64,000 nucleotides of DNA from Minisyncoccota bacterium (GTDB lineage Bacteria; Patescibacteriota; Minisyncoccia; Phycocordibacterales; SBAW01), in assembly GCA_035546615.1 (NCBI GenBank), contig DASZWM010000002.1, positions 15,460-79,459 of the forward strand, read 5' to 3'. Position 1 is the stretch's first letter. The number at the start of each line of letters is the position of its first letter. Positions 55,727 through 64,000 of the stretch are shown here, piece after piece. A model generated the notes under the pieces. That model searched no databases. It had not been told where the DNA came from and worked only from the letters and a program-made list of their open reading frames with translations. The position numbers were made by a program, and so were the translations under genes.

Positions 55727-57400
55727 ATGCCGTATTCGACTGATATGTCAGTGTATTTAGATTTGGGCGGCGCTTTAGCTGCTTTTGGCCTTTTATTTAC
55801 TGTTTACCAACTTCGGCGACCAAGGTGGGAGGTAATTTTGCGAATTAGAAATAATTGGCAAAGTGATATTTTCTGGATATTAGGTTTTATAGGTTTGTTT
55901 TATGCCCTAGTTGGCGTGCTTGTATCTGAACTCCCAATTAATTCTTTCAACTTTCCGTTTAATACCCCATTACTTTACGAGGTGGCAGCGTACCTATCGT
56001 TTGTAGCTTCACCTCTGTCATTAATATATTTTGCGACCAATGACAAAAAGTTATTTAACGCAAAAACTGCAGAAACTTTCTACGAAGTAATCTTGCAAGA
56101 AATTTCTAAATCTAGTGATGTAAACCTAGATGCGGCATTGGAAATAGTCTTGAGAAACTTTAATGAAATTTGTGATGCAACTCTTCAAAATACAGATAAA
56201 GATTTGCGCTCATACGCAAGGTCAATTTTAGACGTTGTACTAAGTGACGAGTCTGTAGTAAAAGTGCTCACTACCAAGAGGCTTGATGCTTTGCAATATA
56301 TCTTTTATTTAATAAAGGAAAAGAATATCACTCGTGCTCATTCGGGGATAGGTATACCGAGAATTGTAAATAATCTTTTCTTTGACGAAAATTCCTTCCT
56401 CTATAAACAACTCGATAGAAAAGGGTTGGCACTTTCATCAAATATATACACGAGCATTTTTGAATCTCCAGTTATACTCACCAACTTTGATCTGTTTGGG
56501 TACCCGACTATCGGTTATGGAATGAGTAGAGATACTGGCAATGCTGGTATAAGAGTATTTATCAAAGCCTTATCTCTAAGCATTGAAACTTACTTTAAAA
56601 CAGGGAGCGTGCCTCCGAGGCACATTAATAATGGGTTGTCTTACTTAAGCAATATATTTGGAGGGTTGTGTGCAAAAATTGCCATCAAAGAAAATAAAGG
56701 TGTTGATACTAAATCTAGTTTAGAAGATGAGTGGTGGGGCTTACATCAAATAGCCTCCTTTTTAGGACATGATTATATTTTTCTTGCCTATGAAGAAAAA
56801 CTAAATCAGCAAGTTCTGGAAAACGAAAAAACTGCCCATGAGGCTCGATTTGGCTCAAATGCAACTATAAATGAGGGTATTGCAGCTGTTATCTATAAAG
56901 CTTTTGAGCAGCTTTCACAAATTAAAAAAACCACAGACATATATCATACAGTTCTGGAGCTCTTGCATGGAATGATGAATGAGCCTACCTACAAGGAAGG
57001 TTATAGACCGCCTTTTGAAAAGAGACTCTGGCAACAAATCGGTGCAAATGTTGCTAAACGTTATTATCCTGCCGTCGTTAGAACGTATTTAACCTTTGTT
57101 GGGTTCTGTCTTGGCGCAGATGCAAACCAACGACAAGGTTGGATTGGCGAACAAGCGGAACGTATGAGACGACTTTTGTATATTGACCTTAAGCCTTTAT
57201 TTGATAAGAATGAAAAAATGATAAATAAGGAATTTATGAAAGACGTTTTGCTCCCAGATTCCATGTCCTATAAAGATGGTAAATTTACTTATACCTCTGG
57301 ATTCGGAGAAGGTACAACCACTGAAGTAGCACCACCCCCTGAGGGTGCGACATCAGGTTTGGAAGGAATAGATTTAGAGAGTATGCCTCACTTCGTCTAG
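55727..57400 (+). CDS. large hypothetical membrane protein (3-4 N-terminal TM helices, about 440-aa soluble domain), AT-rich island
   Basis: Local GC is far below the genome average; no recognisable catalytic motif. Confidence 0.6.
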   Translation: MPYSTDMSVYLDLGGALAAFGLLFTVYQLRRPRWEVILRIRNNWQSDIFWILGFIGLFYALVGVLVSELPINSFNFPFNTPLLYEVAAYLSFVASPLSLIYFATNDKKLFNAKTAETFYEVILQEISKSSDVNLDAALEIVLRNFNEICDATLQNTDKDLRSYARSILDVVLSDESVVKVLTTKRLDALQYIFYLIKEKNITRAHSGIGIPRIVNNLFFDENSFLYKQLDRKGLALSSNIYTSIFESPVILTNFDLFGYPTIGYGMSRDTGNAGIRVFIKALSLSIETYFKTGSVPPRHINNGLSYLSNIFGGLCAKIAIKENKGVDTKSSLEDEWWGLHQIASFLGHDYIFLAYEEKLNQQVLENEKTAHEARFGSNATINEGIAAVIYKAFEQLSQIKKTTDIYHTVLELLHGMMNEPTYKEGYRPPFEKRLWQQIGANVAKRYYPAVVRTYLTFVGFCLGADANQRQGWIGEQAERMRRLLYIDLKPLFDKNEKMINKEFMKDVLLPDSMSYKDGKFTYTSGFGEGTTTEVAPPPEGATSGLEGIDLESMPHFV

Positions 57401-57402
57401 AT

Positions 57403-57960
57403 ATGAATCCAAACATTTGGTTTTACACTTTTAGTACAGCAGCCCAAGTAATGGCGGCTTTGGCCGGTTTATTTGCAGTATTTGTTGTATATAAGATTCA
57501 AGATTTTAGTCAGCTTATAAAAGACGCCCGCTCTAGTCTGTCCCGGTTGATTCCATACAATTCAGCGAATACGGGCGGAGATACAATCTCTAAGCAGGAA
57601 GTATTAGATATGACTGATAGAGAATTGGTTACTACGCTTGCCGAGTTGTTAGTACTTGAGACATCTCAGAATGGAGCGTTCTTTAGCGGACATTCAGAAA
57701 CTATAGATGGCACAACGATAGCTGTAAACTCGAATACCTACGACTATTTCGCAGCCCTTGTTGATAAAAAGGAAAGAATACTAAAACGTCTGATTTTTGT
57801 CTTGGGTTTAAGTTTAGGAACTATTTGTGTTTGTCTAGTATCATTGGTGCTAATTGACGTGTTATCAAAGTTTGAGTGGTTTATTTGGATGTGTTTGGCT
57901 TTATTTATATACACCCTTTGGACAATCGGAATGGATATTTACAAGATAACCCTAGAGTAA
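57403..57960 (+). CDS. hypothetical 3-TM membrane protein, AT-rich island
   Basis: Starts 3 nt after the previous stop; TM1 at the N-terminus and TM2-3 at the C-terminus flank a soluble loop. Confidence 0.55.
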   Translation: MNPNIWFYTFSTAAQVMAALAGLFAVFVVYKIQDFSQLIKDARSSLSRLIPYNSANTGGDTISKQEVLDMTDRELVTTLAELLVLETSQNGAFFSGHSETIDGTTIAVNSNTYDYFAALVDKKERILKRLIFVLGLSLGTICVCLVSLVLIDVLSKFEWFIWMCLALFIYTLWTIGMDIYKITLE

Positions 57961-57969
57961 TCTTTCTCT

Positions 57970-58293
57970 ATGAAAGGAATAATTATCGAAAATAGTCTCA
58001 AAGACAAAAGTATTATCACCGAAGCTGAAATTATTCGAACTTGGGAAGATGGAAGTTGGAAGTTGCGGGAGGTAAAAGTTTCAACAGAATGGGCTGAAAA
58101 ATTTGGAGGATACTTAAATGATGGACCCTGGTATGTTCACTTTTGGGAATCCGACAGCGACGATGTACTAGTAGTATTTAAAGACAAAAGCTTCTGGATC
58201 AAACATTCGGACAAGAATACTTGGCAAGATGCTATTGCTCATGGAAAGTCGTTACATATACCCGTGGAGCAATTAGACTTTCCTATTGATTGA
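57970..58293 (+). CDS. small soluble hypothetical protein, AT-rich island
   Basis: 107 aa; Trp-rich (WEDGSWKLREV, GPWYVHFWESD). Confidence 0.5.
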   Translation: MKGIIIENSLKDKSIITEAEIIRTWEDGSWKLREVKVSTEWAEKFGGYLNDGPWYVHFWESDSDDVLVVFKDKSFWIKHSDKNTWQDAIAHGKSLHIPVEQLDFPID

Positions 58294-58331
58294 GATTTCG
58301 ATTTCTCCCTTTTATATTATATAATCAAGAT

Positions 58332-58715
58332 ATGAAGTATTTGCTAATCACGGCTTTATTTTTGGTTGTCTTTGTGTTTGCTACTCCAGCAAAGGCCGCA
58401 CCATTAACCCAATCCCAAGTAAATGCAATAATTACTATTATGCAGTCTTTCGGTGTAGATAGTGCTACGATTTTAAATATCAAAACAACACTCTCTAATT
58501 CGACTTCCGCTAAGGTAGAATCCGTCGTCAAAACTACTTTTAAAGGAGTTCCTACCTACGCACAAGTGAAAAGAGAGTTAGCAAAATCACGCAATAAGGA
58601 GGTGACTTATATGGAGAATGGATGTGTATACTCAATAAACCATTTAGTGAGTGAACATATTTTCAAAACACGCGATATGAGTATTCGCGATCTTGCATCT
58701 GGAGCAAGTTGTTAG
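58332..58715 (+). CDS. small secreted hypothetical protein, AT-rich island
   Basis: Signal peptide MKYLLITALFLVVFVFATPAKA. Confidence 0.5.
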   Translation: MKYLLITALFLVVFVFATPAKAAPLTQSQVNAIITIMQSFGVDSATILNIKTTLSNSTSAKVESVVKTTFKGVPTYAQVKRELAKSRNKEVTYMENGCVYSINHLVSEHIFKTRDMSIRDLASGASC

Positions 58716-58758
58716 TGCTCCTTGGTGTATAAAGTTTAAAAATATAGTTAATCTTCTC

Positions 58759-59241
58759 TTACCCCCGTCGCGCCGCATCAATAGCGGCAACGTCGAGCTT
58801 TTTCATCGTCATCATCGCGTCAAACGCGCGTTTTGCCTCATCGCCGCCCTTGGCAAGTGCTTCGGTCAGCGTGCGCGGCGTTATTTGCCACGATACTCCC
58901 CAGCGGTCCTTGCACCAGCCGCACTCGCTCTCCTGGCCGCCGTTTCCGACGATGGCATTCCAGTAGCGGTCCGTCTCTTCCTGATCGTCCGTCGCTATCT
59001 GGAAGGAAAACGCCTCGCTTTGCTTGAAATACGAGCCGCCGTTAATGCCCATGCAAGGAATCCCGCAGACCGTGAACTCTACCGAGAGCACGTCGCCTTT
59101 CTTGCCCGACGGGAAATCGGCAGGCGCATGGAAGACGCCCGTTACCTTGCTGTCGGGGAACGTAGCGGCATAGAAATTCGCCGCCCCTTCCGCATCCTTA
59201 TCAAACCAGAGGCAAATAGTGTTTTTTGGTATCATATACAT
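58759..59241 (-). CDS. VOC-family protein (PhnB / 3-demethylubiquinone-9 3-methyltransferase-like domain)
   Basis: CLWFDKDAEGAANFYAATFPDSKV and WGVSWQI match the PhnB-like glyoxalase fold. Confidence 0.6.
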   Translation of the reverse strand: MYMIPKNTICLWFDKDAEGAANFYAATFPDSKVTGVFHAPADFPSGKKGDVLSVEFTVCGIPCMGINGGSYFKQSEAFSFQIATDDQEETDRYWNAIVGNGGQESECGWCKDRWGVSWQITPRTLTEALAKGGDEAKRAFDAMMTMKKLDVAAIDAARRG

Positions 59242-59327
59242 ATATTTTATAGCACCTCAGGATAATCTACAAAATAAGCGGAGGCTCCGGAAAAGGCCCG
59301 ACATCGTCCCAGAGGATCCATCCTTTG

Positions 59328-59333
59328 CTATAC
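59328..59333 (+). promoter_or_regulatory. -10-like TATACT box 8 nt upstream of the dgkA ATG
   Basis: GCTATACTggccactATG. Confidence 0.3.
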
Positions 59334-59341
59334 TGGCCACT

Positions 59342-59695
59342 ATGAAGGCTTTGATAAGACGCCTCTCACACCCGTTTCGCGGGCTTAAGTACGCCCTTAT
59401 GCACGATTTCGCCGTACGCTTCGAAGTATTTGTCTTCGGGGGAATCGGCCTGCCGGCTGCGTACTTCTTTTTCGGGCCGTTTTCAGCGCGCGAAATGCTG
59501 CTGCTCATATTCTGCTGGTTTTTTGTGGTAGTGGCGGAACTGCAGAATTCGGCTATCGAAGTTGCCCTCGACAAGATTCATCCCGAACGCCATGAGGCGA
59601 TTGGCCGTAGCAAAGACCTGGCTGCAGCGGCCGTGGTGTGGGCGTCGTTTTTCGGCATTATAAGTTTTATTTTTGTAGTGACCGGATTGATCTAA
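59342..59695 (+). CDS. dgkA: diacylglycerol kinase (prokaryotic DgkA family)
   Basis: ELQNSAIEVALDKIHPERHEAIGRSKDLAAAAV is the DAGK_prokar signature. Three TM helices. Confidence 0.75.
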   Translation: MKALIRRLSHPFRGLKYALMHDFAVRFEVFVFGGIGLPAAYFFFGPFSAREMLLLIFCWFFVVVAELQNSAIEVALDKIHPERHEAIGRSKDLAAAAVVWASFFGIISFIFVVTGLI

Positions 59696-59701
59696 AGGAG
59701 T

Positions 59702-59953
59702 ATGACTACCCAAAAAATCGCCGGAGGCGTGGTTCACACCATGCCGGACGACTTGCGAAAGGCGATTGCCTCGGTGCCTGCGGCGCTGGCCGTGTGGGAG
59801 GACGTCACGCCGCTGGCGCGCAACGAGTGGATCTGCTGGGTCATCTCCGGCAAAAAAACGGAGACGAGAAGCATTCGCATCAAGAAGGCGATATCGAAGA
59901 TGAAGAGCGGCATGCGCAGGCCTTGCTGCTGGGCGGGCTGTCCGCATCGGTAA
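59702..59953 (+). CDS. YdeI/OmpD-associated family small protein
   Basis: DLRKAIASVPAALAVWEDVTPLARNEWICWVISGKKTETRSIRIKKAI. Confidence 0.5.
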   Translation: MTTQKIAGGVVHTMPDDLRKAIASVPAALAVWEDVTPLARNEWICWVISGKKTETRSIRIKKAISKMKSGMRRPCCWAGCPHR

Positions 59954-60054
59954 AATCTGCGCGAGGATATACACGCTCGGAAGGTATCTATAGACATTTT
60001 ATAAATTCCATTGTAGAGTACTCCCTGGATTGAAATACAAGATGGGAGCGAAGG

Positions 60055-60804
60055 ATGTATCTACCGACACAACCGGTTTTGGCTTCTCGCGTGATTAGGG
60101 GAATGGGCGGCGTGGGCAACTACGAGCTCTACCCCAGCAACGGCTCATACCTGCGTACGCCGGAGGGGAAGATGCTCCGCAAGGCGCCTCTCAAAAAGTG
60201 GCTCGCCTATATGTTCGAGACCGACAGCGGAATATACCGCGGAGCGATAACGGATACGATCCTTGTCGAGCGCATCATGGAGTACATGGCGCGCTATCAT
60301 GGCAAGCATTTCACGAACTGCTCCGCGCTCGCGCACTTTCTGACCACCGGCGAGTTCGTCGAATGCTCGGAAGATCGAGGCCTGCTGGTTGCCGAACAGG
60401 GCATGCGCCTCTATACAGGCCAGACGGTCGGCGTAGGAGACATGCTGTGCATCTTCTATGCGAATGAGCGCCGCTTACGGTCCCGCAAGGAGCCGTGGCG
60501 CAGGCTCTACTTGAATTCGCAAAAGGGCCGGCATGAAGACGGGCGGTTCAGTCACGGATGCGTGCCGGCGCAGAAAGTCTTCACTGCGCAGGACCTGCAC
60601 AAAATCCAAAAGGACTATCGCGTCGACGACTATCACTTTCTCGTGTGCGTCGCGAAGCATAACGGCGAGCCCGTTTGGATCGCGCAGTGGGGCTATTCTC
60701 GCCCTAATGAGGCGCCCGCCTCGCTGGTGCTTACGGTGGGAGAGCATGACGGCTACCATATCCGTACGCCATTCCTAGTGTTCATCAAGAAACGCAGGAA
60801 CTGA
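60055..60804 (+). CDS. hypothetical protein
   Basis: 249-aa ORF with conserved Cys/His candidates (NCSALAH ... DDYHFLVCVAKH) but no confident family. Confidence 0.4.
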   Translation: MYLPTQPVLASRVIRGMGGVGNYELYPSNGSYLRTPEGKMLRKAPLKKWLAYMFETDSGIYRGAITDTILVERIMEYMARYHGKHFTNCSALAHFLTTGEFVECSEDRGLLVAEQGMRLYTGQTVGVGDMLCIFYANERRLRSRKEPWRRLYLNSQKGRHEDGRFSHGCVPAQKVFTAQDLHKIQKDYRVDDYHFLVCVAKHNGEPVWIAQWGYSRPNEAPASLVLTVGEHDGYHIRTPFLVFIKKRRN

Positions 60805-60858
60805 AGATCTTGAAGCGTTGGCGGCCGCGCAAGCGGCTGCCATTTCTTTTTTACGTAC

Positions 60859-61365
60859 TTACTTAGCCAGTTGTTTGTATTCCCGAAAGAGCAGTGTACA
60901 CGCCGCGGCCACGCCCGCAAAAATAGCCGCCGTGCCGGTTGCATACAGCGTGCCGGCTACTTGCGGCGTCCAGTACAAAAAGTTAGTCGTGCTCAGCAGG
61001 TAGTGCCAGTCGTGCATCACGCCATCGCCGCCCAGAAGCGGCAGCTGCATGGCAAGGGCATCGCCGGCGTATATGGAGACGTTCACCAAGCTTTGACCCG
61101 CCCACATGAGGCACACGGCCGCGGAGAGCTTTTGGCCGGTGTAGAAAAAATATCCGGCTAGGAACGCGGGGAGGGCAACCTGAAAACCGGAACCCATCAG
61201 GACATGGATGAACTGCCCGAAGAATATGAATATAGCGTGGCCGGCCTCGTGGAAGATAAGGTTGGCGCCGTCGATAAAGTGCCATTGCGCGGGCGTTGCG
61301 GCGCAGCGCAGAAAATATATGCTTGCGAGCGCGACTCCGGCCGCCCGGGCGTACCAGGAATTCAT
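60859..61365 (-). CDS. membrane protein with HEXXH motif (putative intramembrane metallopeptidase)
   Basis: HEAGHAIF sits inside a predicted TM helix. Four or five TM helices, 168 aa. Confidence 0.4.
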   Translation of the reverse strand: MNSWYARAAGVALASIYFLRCAATPAQWHFIDGANLIFHEAGHAIFIFFGQFIHVLMGSGFQVALPAFLAGYFFYTGQKLSAAVCLMWAGQSLVNVSIYAGDALAMQLPLLGGDGVMHDWHYLLSTTNFLYWTPQVAGTLYATGTAAIFAGVAAACTLLFREYKQLAK

Positions 61366-61455
61366 GCTGGTAGTATACTTCCTCTAAAAAACGTACGAAA
61401 AAGCGCCGCTTACTGAGAAGGTGAGCGGCGCTTTTTAGCAATTCAGAACAAGTGG

Positions 61456-61920
61456 TCAGGCTACTGCGATGGCGAGCGACTGAGGCATGCGGCCTCCTAT
61501 GCGCACATTCTCACCGCCGGCCGATTGCAGTTTCTCCAGGAACGGAAGGTACCAGAGCAGCCACACGACGTCTGCAGGGCTGTCGATGTATCCTTCAAAC
61601 GCGTCGGCAACCTGTGCAGGTAACGGGGCAGAAGCCGGCATCGTACGCAAGCCGTCGGTTCCGGTCCTCACAAACGCGCCGAACTGGCCGATAATAGTCA
61701 GTACGAATTCCTCGTCCGGATTCAGGCTGCCACCGGCATACCATACGCTTTTCAGCGTTCCGTCGAGGAATAGGCGAGCTATCGCGGCCCGTTTCTGCGA
61801 AGGCCAGCCGTGCTTTAGGCCAATCCTTATCAGATGCGCATGATACGGCAGCCAAATGGCCAAGAACCAGAAAGCGGCTAAGCCTCCGCAGATCAGCAGG
61901 CAAATTTTCCAAAGAGACAT
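61456..61920 (-). CDS. membrane-anchored hypothetical protein
   Basis: N-terminal TM LLICGGLAAFWFLAIWL. Confidence 0.4.
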   Translation of the reverse strand: MSLWKICLLICGGLAAFWFLAIWLPYHAHLIRIGLKHGWPSQKRAAIARLFLDGTLKSVWYAGGSLNPDEEFVLTIIGQFGAFVRTGTDGLRTMPASAPLPAQVADAFEGYIDSPADVVWLLWYLPFLEKLQSAGGENVRIGGRMPQSLAIAVA

Positions 61921-62023
61921 GTCGCGTCCTCCGTGCTATCCAGGCGCGATTAAACCATACAAATCAGCCTAACAAAAGCAATACCCTCGCTTCTTTCTTT
62001 TGCTACAATAGCCCCACTATCCA

Positions 62024-63289
62024 ATGCCCCAAAAAAATTCATACGATGTCATAGTGGTGGGCGGCGGGGCCTCGGGCCTTATGGCCGCGGGCCGGGCCGC
62101 GGAGCGGGGGTTCAAAGTGCTTTTGTTGGAGAAAAATCGCAAAGTGGGGGAGAAGCTCAGGATAACCGGCGGGGGGCGGTGCAATATCACGAATGCCGAG
62201 GAAGACGCGCAGGCGCTTTTGCGCGCGTACGGCAAGGCGGAGCAGTTTCTGTACTCGCCGTTCTCGCAATTCGGCGTGAAGGATACGTTCGCGTTTTTCG
62301 AATCGCGGGGATTGCCGCTTGTCGTGCAGGCCCGCAAACGCGCGTTCCCAAAGAGCGAGAAAGCGGCAGATGTCCTCGCGGTGCTCGAGAAATACACGAA
62401 AGATGGCGGGGTAATTTTCAAAACTGGTTCTCCGGTGACGGAAGTGCACGCGGCAGGAGAAGGAATCACGGGTATTTCCTGCGGCAAGGAAACATACGCC
62501 GCTTCCAACTATATTTTCGCGACCGGCAGCGTATCGCACCCGGAGACCGGCTCAAGCGGCGACGGGCTCAAGTGGCTCACTCAGCTTGGGCACACGGTAG
62601 AAGAGCCCACTGCGGCAATCGTGCCGCTTGCGGTGAAAGAAGACTGGAGCAAGGCGCTTGCGGGCACGACTATCTCGGGCATGAAATTGACGTTTTTCGT
62701 AGAAGGTAAAAAGGCGTTTTCTGAAACGGGCGGGCTTTTATTCACTCACTTCGGCCTTTCAGGGCCGCTTGTCCTCAATAGCGCGCATAAAGTCGCGGAC
62801 TTGCTTCATGGCGGGGTGGTGACCGCAGCCATAGACCTCTACCCGCAGACCGACTTGGGGGCGCTTGAGAAAAAGATACTCGCGGCGTTCGATGCGAACA
62901 AGAACAAGGCGCTCAAGAATGTCGTGAAGGAATTCGTACCGGAAGGAACGCACAAGGGCGTTGCGATGCTCATCGCCGCGCAAACGGATATCGAGAAAAA
63001 AGTGCATCTCGTGAGCCGCGCTGAGCGCAAGCAGATGGCGAGGCTGCTCAAAGCCCTGCCGCTCACTATCGTGGGGCTCATGGGGTTCGATAGGGCGGTC
63101 ATCGCCGACGGCGGCGTCGTGCTTGAGGAAGTGGACACGCGCACGATGCGCTCCAAAAAAGTGCCGAACTTGTACGTGACCGGCGATTTGCTGCATATCA
63201 ACCGGCCTTCAGGCGGCTACAGCCTCCAGCTGTGCTGGTCCACCGGCTTCGTGGCAGGGGACCATGTCGGGGAGAAAGAGCCTCTCTGA
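62024..63289 (+). CDS. HI0933/BaiN-family FAD-dependent oxidoreductase
   Basis: YDVIVVGGGASGLMAAGRAAERGFKVLLLEKNRKVGEKLRITGGGRCNITN. Confidence 0.8.
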   Translation: MPQKNSYDVIVVGGGASGLMAAGRAAERGFKVLLLEKNRKVGEKLRITGGGRCNITNAEEDAQALLRAYGKAEQFLYSPFSQFGVKDTFAFFESRGLPLVVQARKRAFPKSEKAADVLAVLEKYTKDGGVIFKTGSPVTEVHAAGEGITGISCGKETYAASNYIFATGSVSHPETGSSGDGLKWLTQLGHTVEEPTAAIVPLAVKEDWSKALAGTTISGMKLTFFVEGKKAFSETGGLLFTHFGLSGPLVLNSAHKVADLLHGGVVTAAIDLYPQTDLGALEKKILAAFDANKNKALKNVVKEFVPEGTHKGVAMLIAAQTDIEKKVHLVSRAERKQMARLLKALPLTIVGLMGFDRAVIADGGVVLEEVDTRTMRSKKVPNLYVTGDLLHINRPSGGYSLQLCWSTGFVAGDHVGEKEPL

Positions 63290-63301
63290 TACAATGGATA
63301 G

Positions 63302-64000
63302 GTGAAGCATCTTCTTTATATAGGAATATGCGCCGCGGCCTTCTTCGCCTTTTTTCCTCAGGCCTCTTTTGCCGCCGCAGTTACGGCTCCTTCAATACTC
63401 GTTTCTTCAAGCACTCCGCTTCAGGGCGAGCCGGTGCTCGTGACGTTTGAGGGCGTCACCGCCACATCTTCCATACAAAGCATTTCGTATAACGGCGGCA
63501 AGCCGGGCACCTTCTTATACGCGGGCAAGGTCCATGCGCTTTTGGCTGTCGACCTGCATCAGAAGCCGGGGCCGTATGCTGTCTCGGCGCTTCTGGCCAC
63601 GGGCAAGAAGCTCGAAAAGATTATTACGGTCATAGAGCGGCCGCAGGTAAAAGCCCCGCTGGGCATTCCGGAAAAGCTCGGCGGAAATACGGCGGCGAGC
63701 CAGGCGACGCTGGTATCCACGCTTGCGAGCGAGAATGCGAGCCTTGCGAACATTTGGACCGGCACGAAGGCGTTCTGGTCGCAGAACTTCCAGTGGCCGC
63801 TTAAAAGTATTACCGTGACCGACCCGTACGGCTACTCGCGGGAAACCGGCGCGTATTCGATCGCCCATAAGGGCACCGACCTTCGCGCGGCGGAAGGCAC
63901 GCCCGTTGCGGCGATAAACCGCGGGGTAGTGCGCGTTGTGCACGAGTATCGCGACTACGGAAAGACGATAGTGGTCGACCACGGGCTCGGGCTGATGTCC
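63302..64000 (+). CDS. M23-family peptidase (LytM-like), secreted; runs off the window end
   Basis: GTG start and a signal peptide. HKGTDLRAAEGTPVAAINRGVV and GKTIVVDHGLGL are M23 motifs. Confidence 0.7.
   Translation, partial: MKHLLYIGICAAAFFAFFPQASFAAAVTAPSILVSSSTPLQGEPVLVTFEGVTATSSIQSISYNGGKPGTFLYAGKVHALLAVDLHQKPGPYAVSALLATGKKLEKIITVIERPQVKAPLGIPEKLGGNTAASQATLVSTLASENASLANIWTGTKAFWSQNFQWPLKSITVTDPYGYSRETGAYSIAHKGTDLRAAEGTPVAAINRGVVRVVHEYRDYGKTIVVDHGLGLMS

Overview
This is a 64-kb, generally high-GC (~60%) chromosomal window. Its gene content and protein sizes (short IF-2, short S1, small RelA/SpoT) suggest a reduced-genome bacterium, possibly CPR/Patescibacteria-like; that is an inference. 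Most genes are housekeeping. Cell division: ftsA, ftsZ, a FtsQ-like POTRA protein. Translation: rpsU-like, rpsA, infB-rbfA, rpmG, pth, serS, a HisRS-like protein, miaA, dus, ybeY. DNA: gyrA, topA, dnaX, dprA, parB. Also clpB, lepB, relA/spoT, pyrF plus a pyrE-like gene, pgl, iscS-like, and an RND efflux pump with its adaptor and an AbrB-type regulator. Eight tRNA genes were found by hand folding (Leu-TAA, Leu-TAG, Lys-CTT, Cys-GCA, Tyr-GTA, Trp-CCA, Leu-CAA, Gln-TTG); only Leu-CAA encodes its CCA. Accessory or unusual content: (1) a roughly 95-125 nt structured repeat family placed immediately downstream of at least six tRNA genes, with compensatory changes in three hairpins, conserved GGG and GACG loops, and short partial duplications of the tRNA 3' end at the distal side (att-scar or MITE-like, or a novel tRNA-trailer RNA); (2) a tandem array of four paralogous two-TM proteins resembling TrbC/VirB2 pilins, adjacent to an SPFH protein, plus a fifth paralog with a Cys-rich extension; (3) two AT-rich islands (12.75-14.9 kb and 55.65-58.75 kb), the second next to tRNA-Gln and encoding four proteins with no recognisable domains; (4) an ArsR-like gene bracketed by perfect 23-bp inverted repeats; (5) many genes with a TATA-like -10 box 6-10 nt before the ATG and no Shine-Dalgarno, which suggests leaderless mRNAs. 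No rRNA, CRISPR array, integrase or transposase was seen. Many long antisense shadow ORFs in the track are treated as high-GC artefacts.
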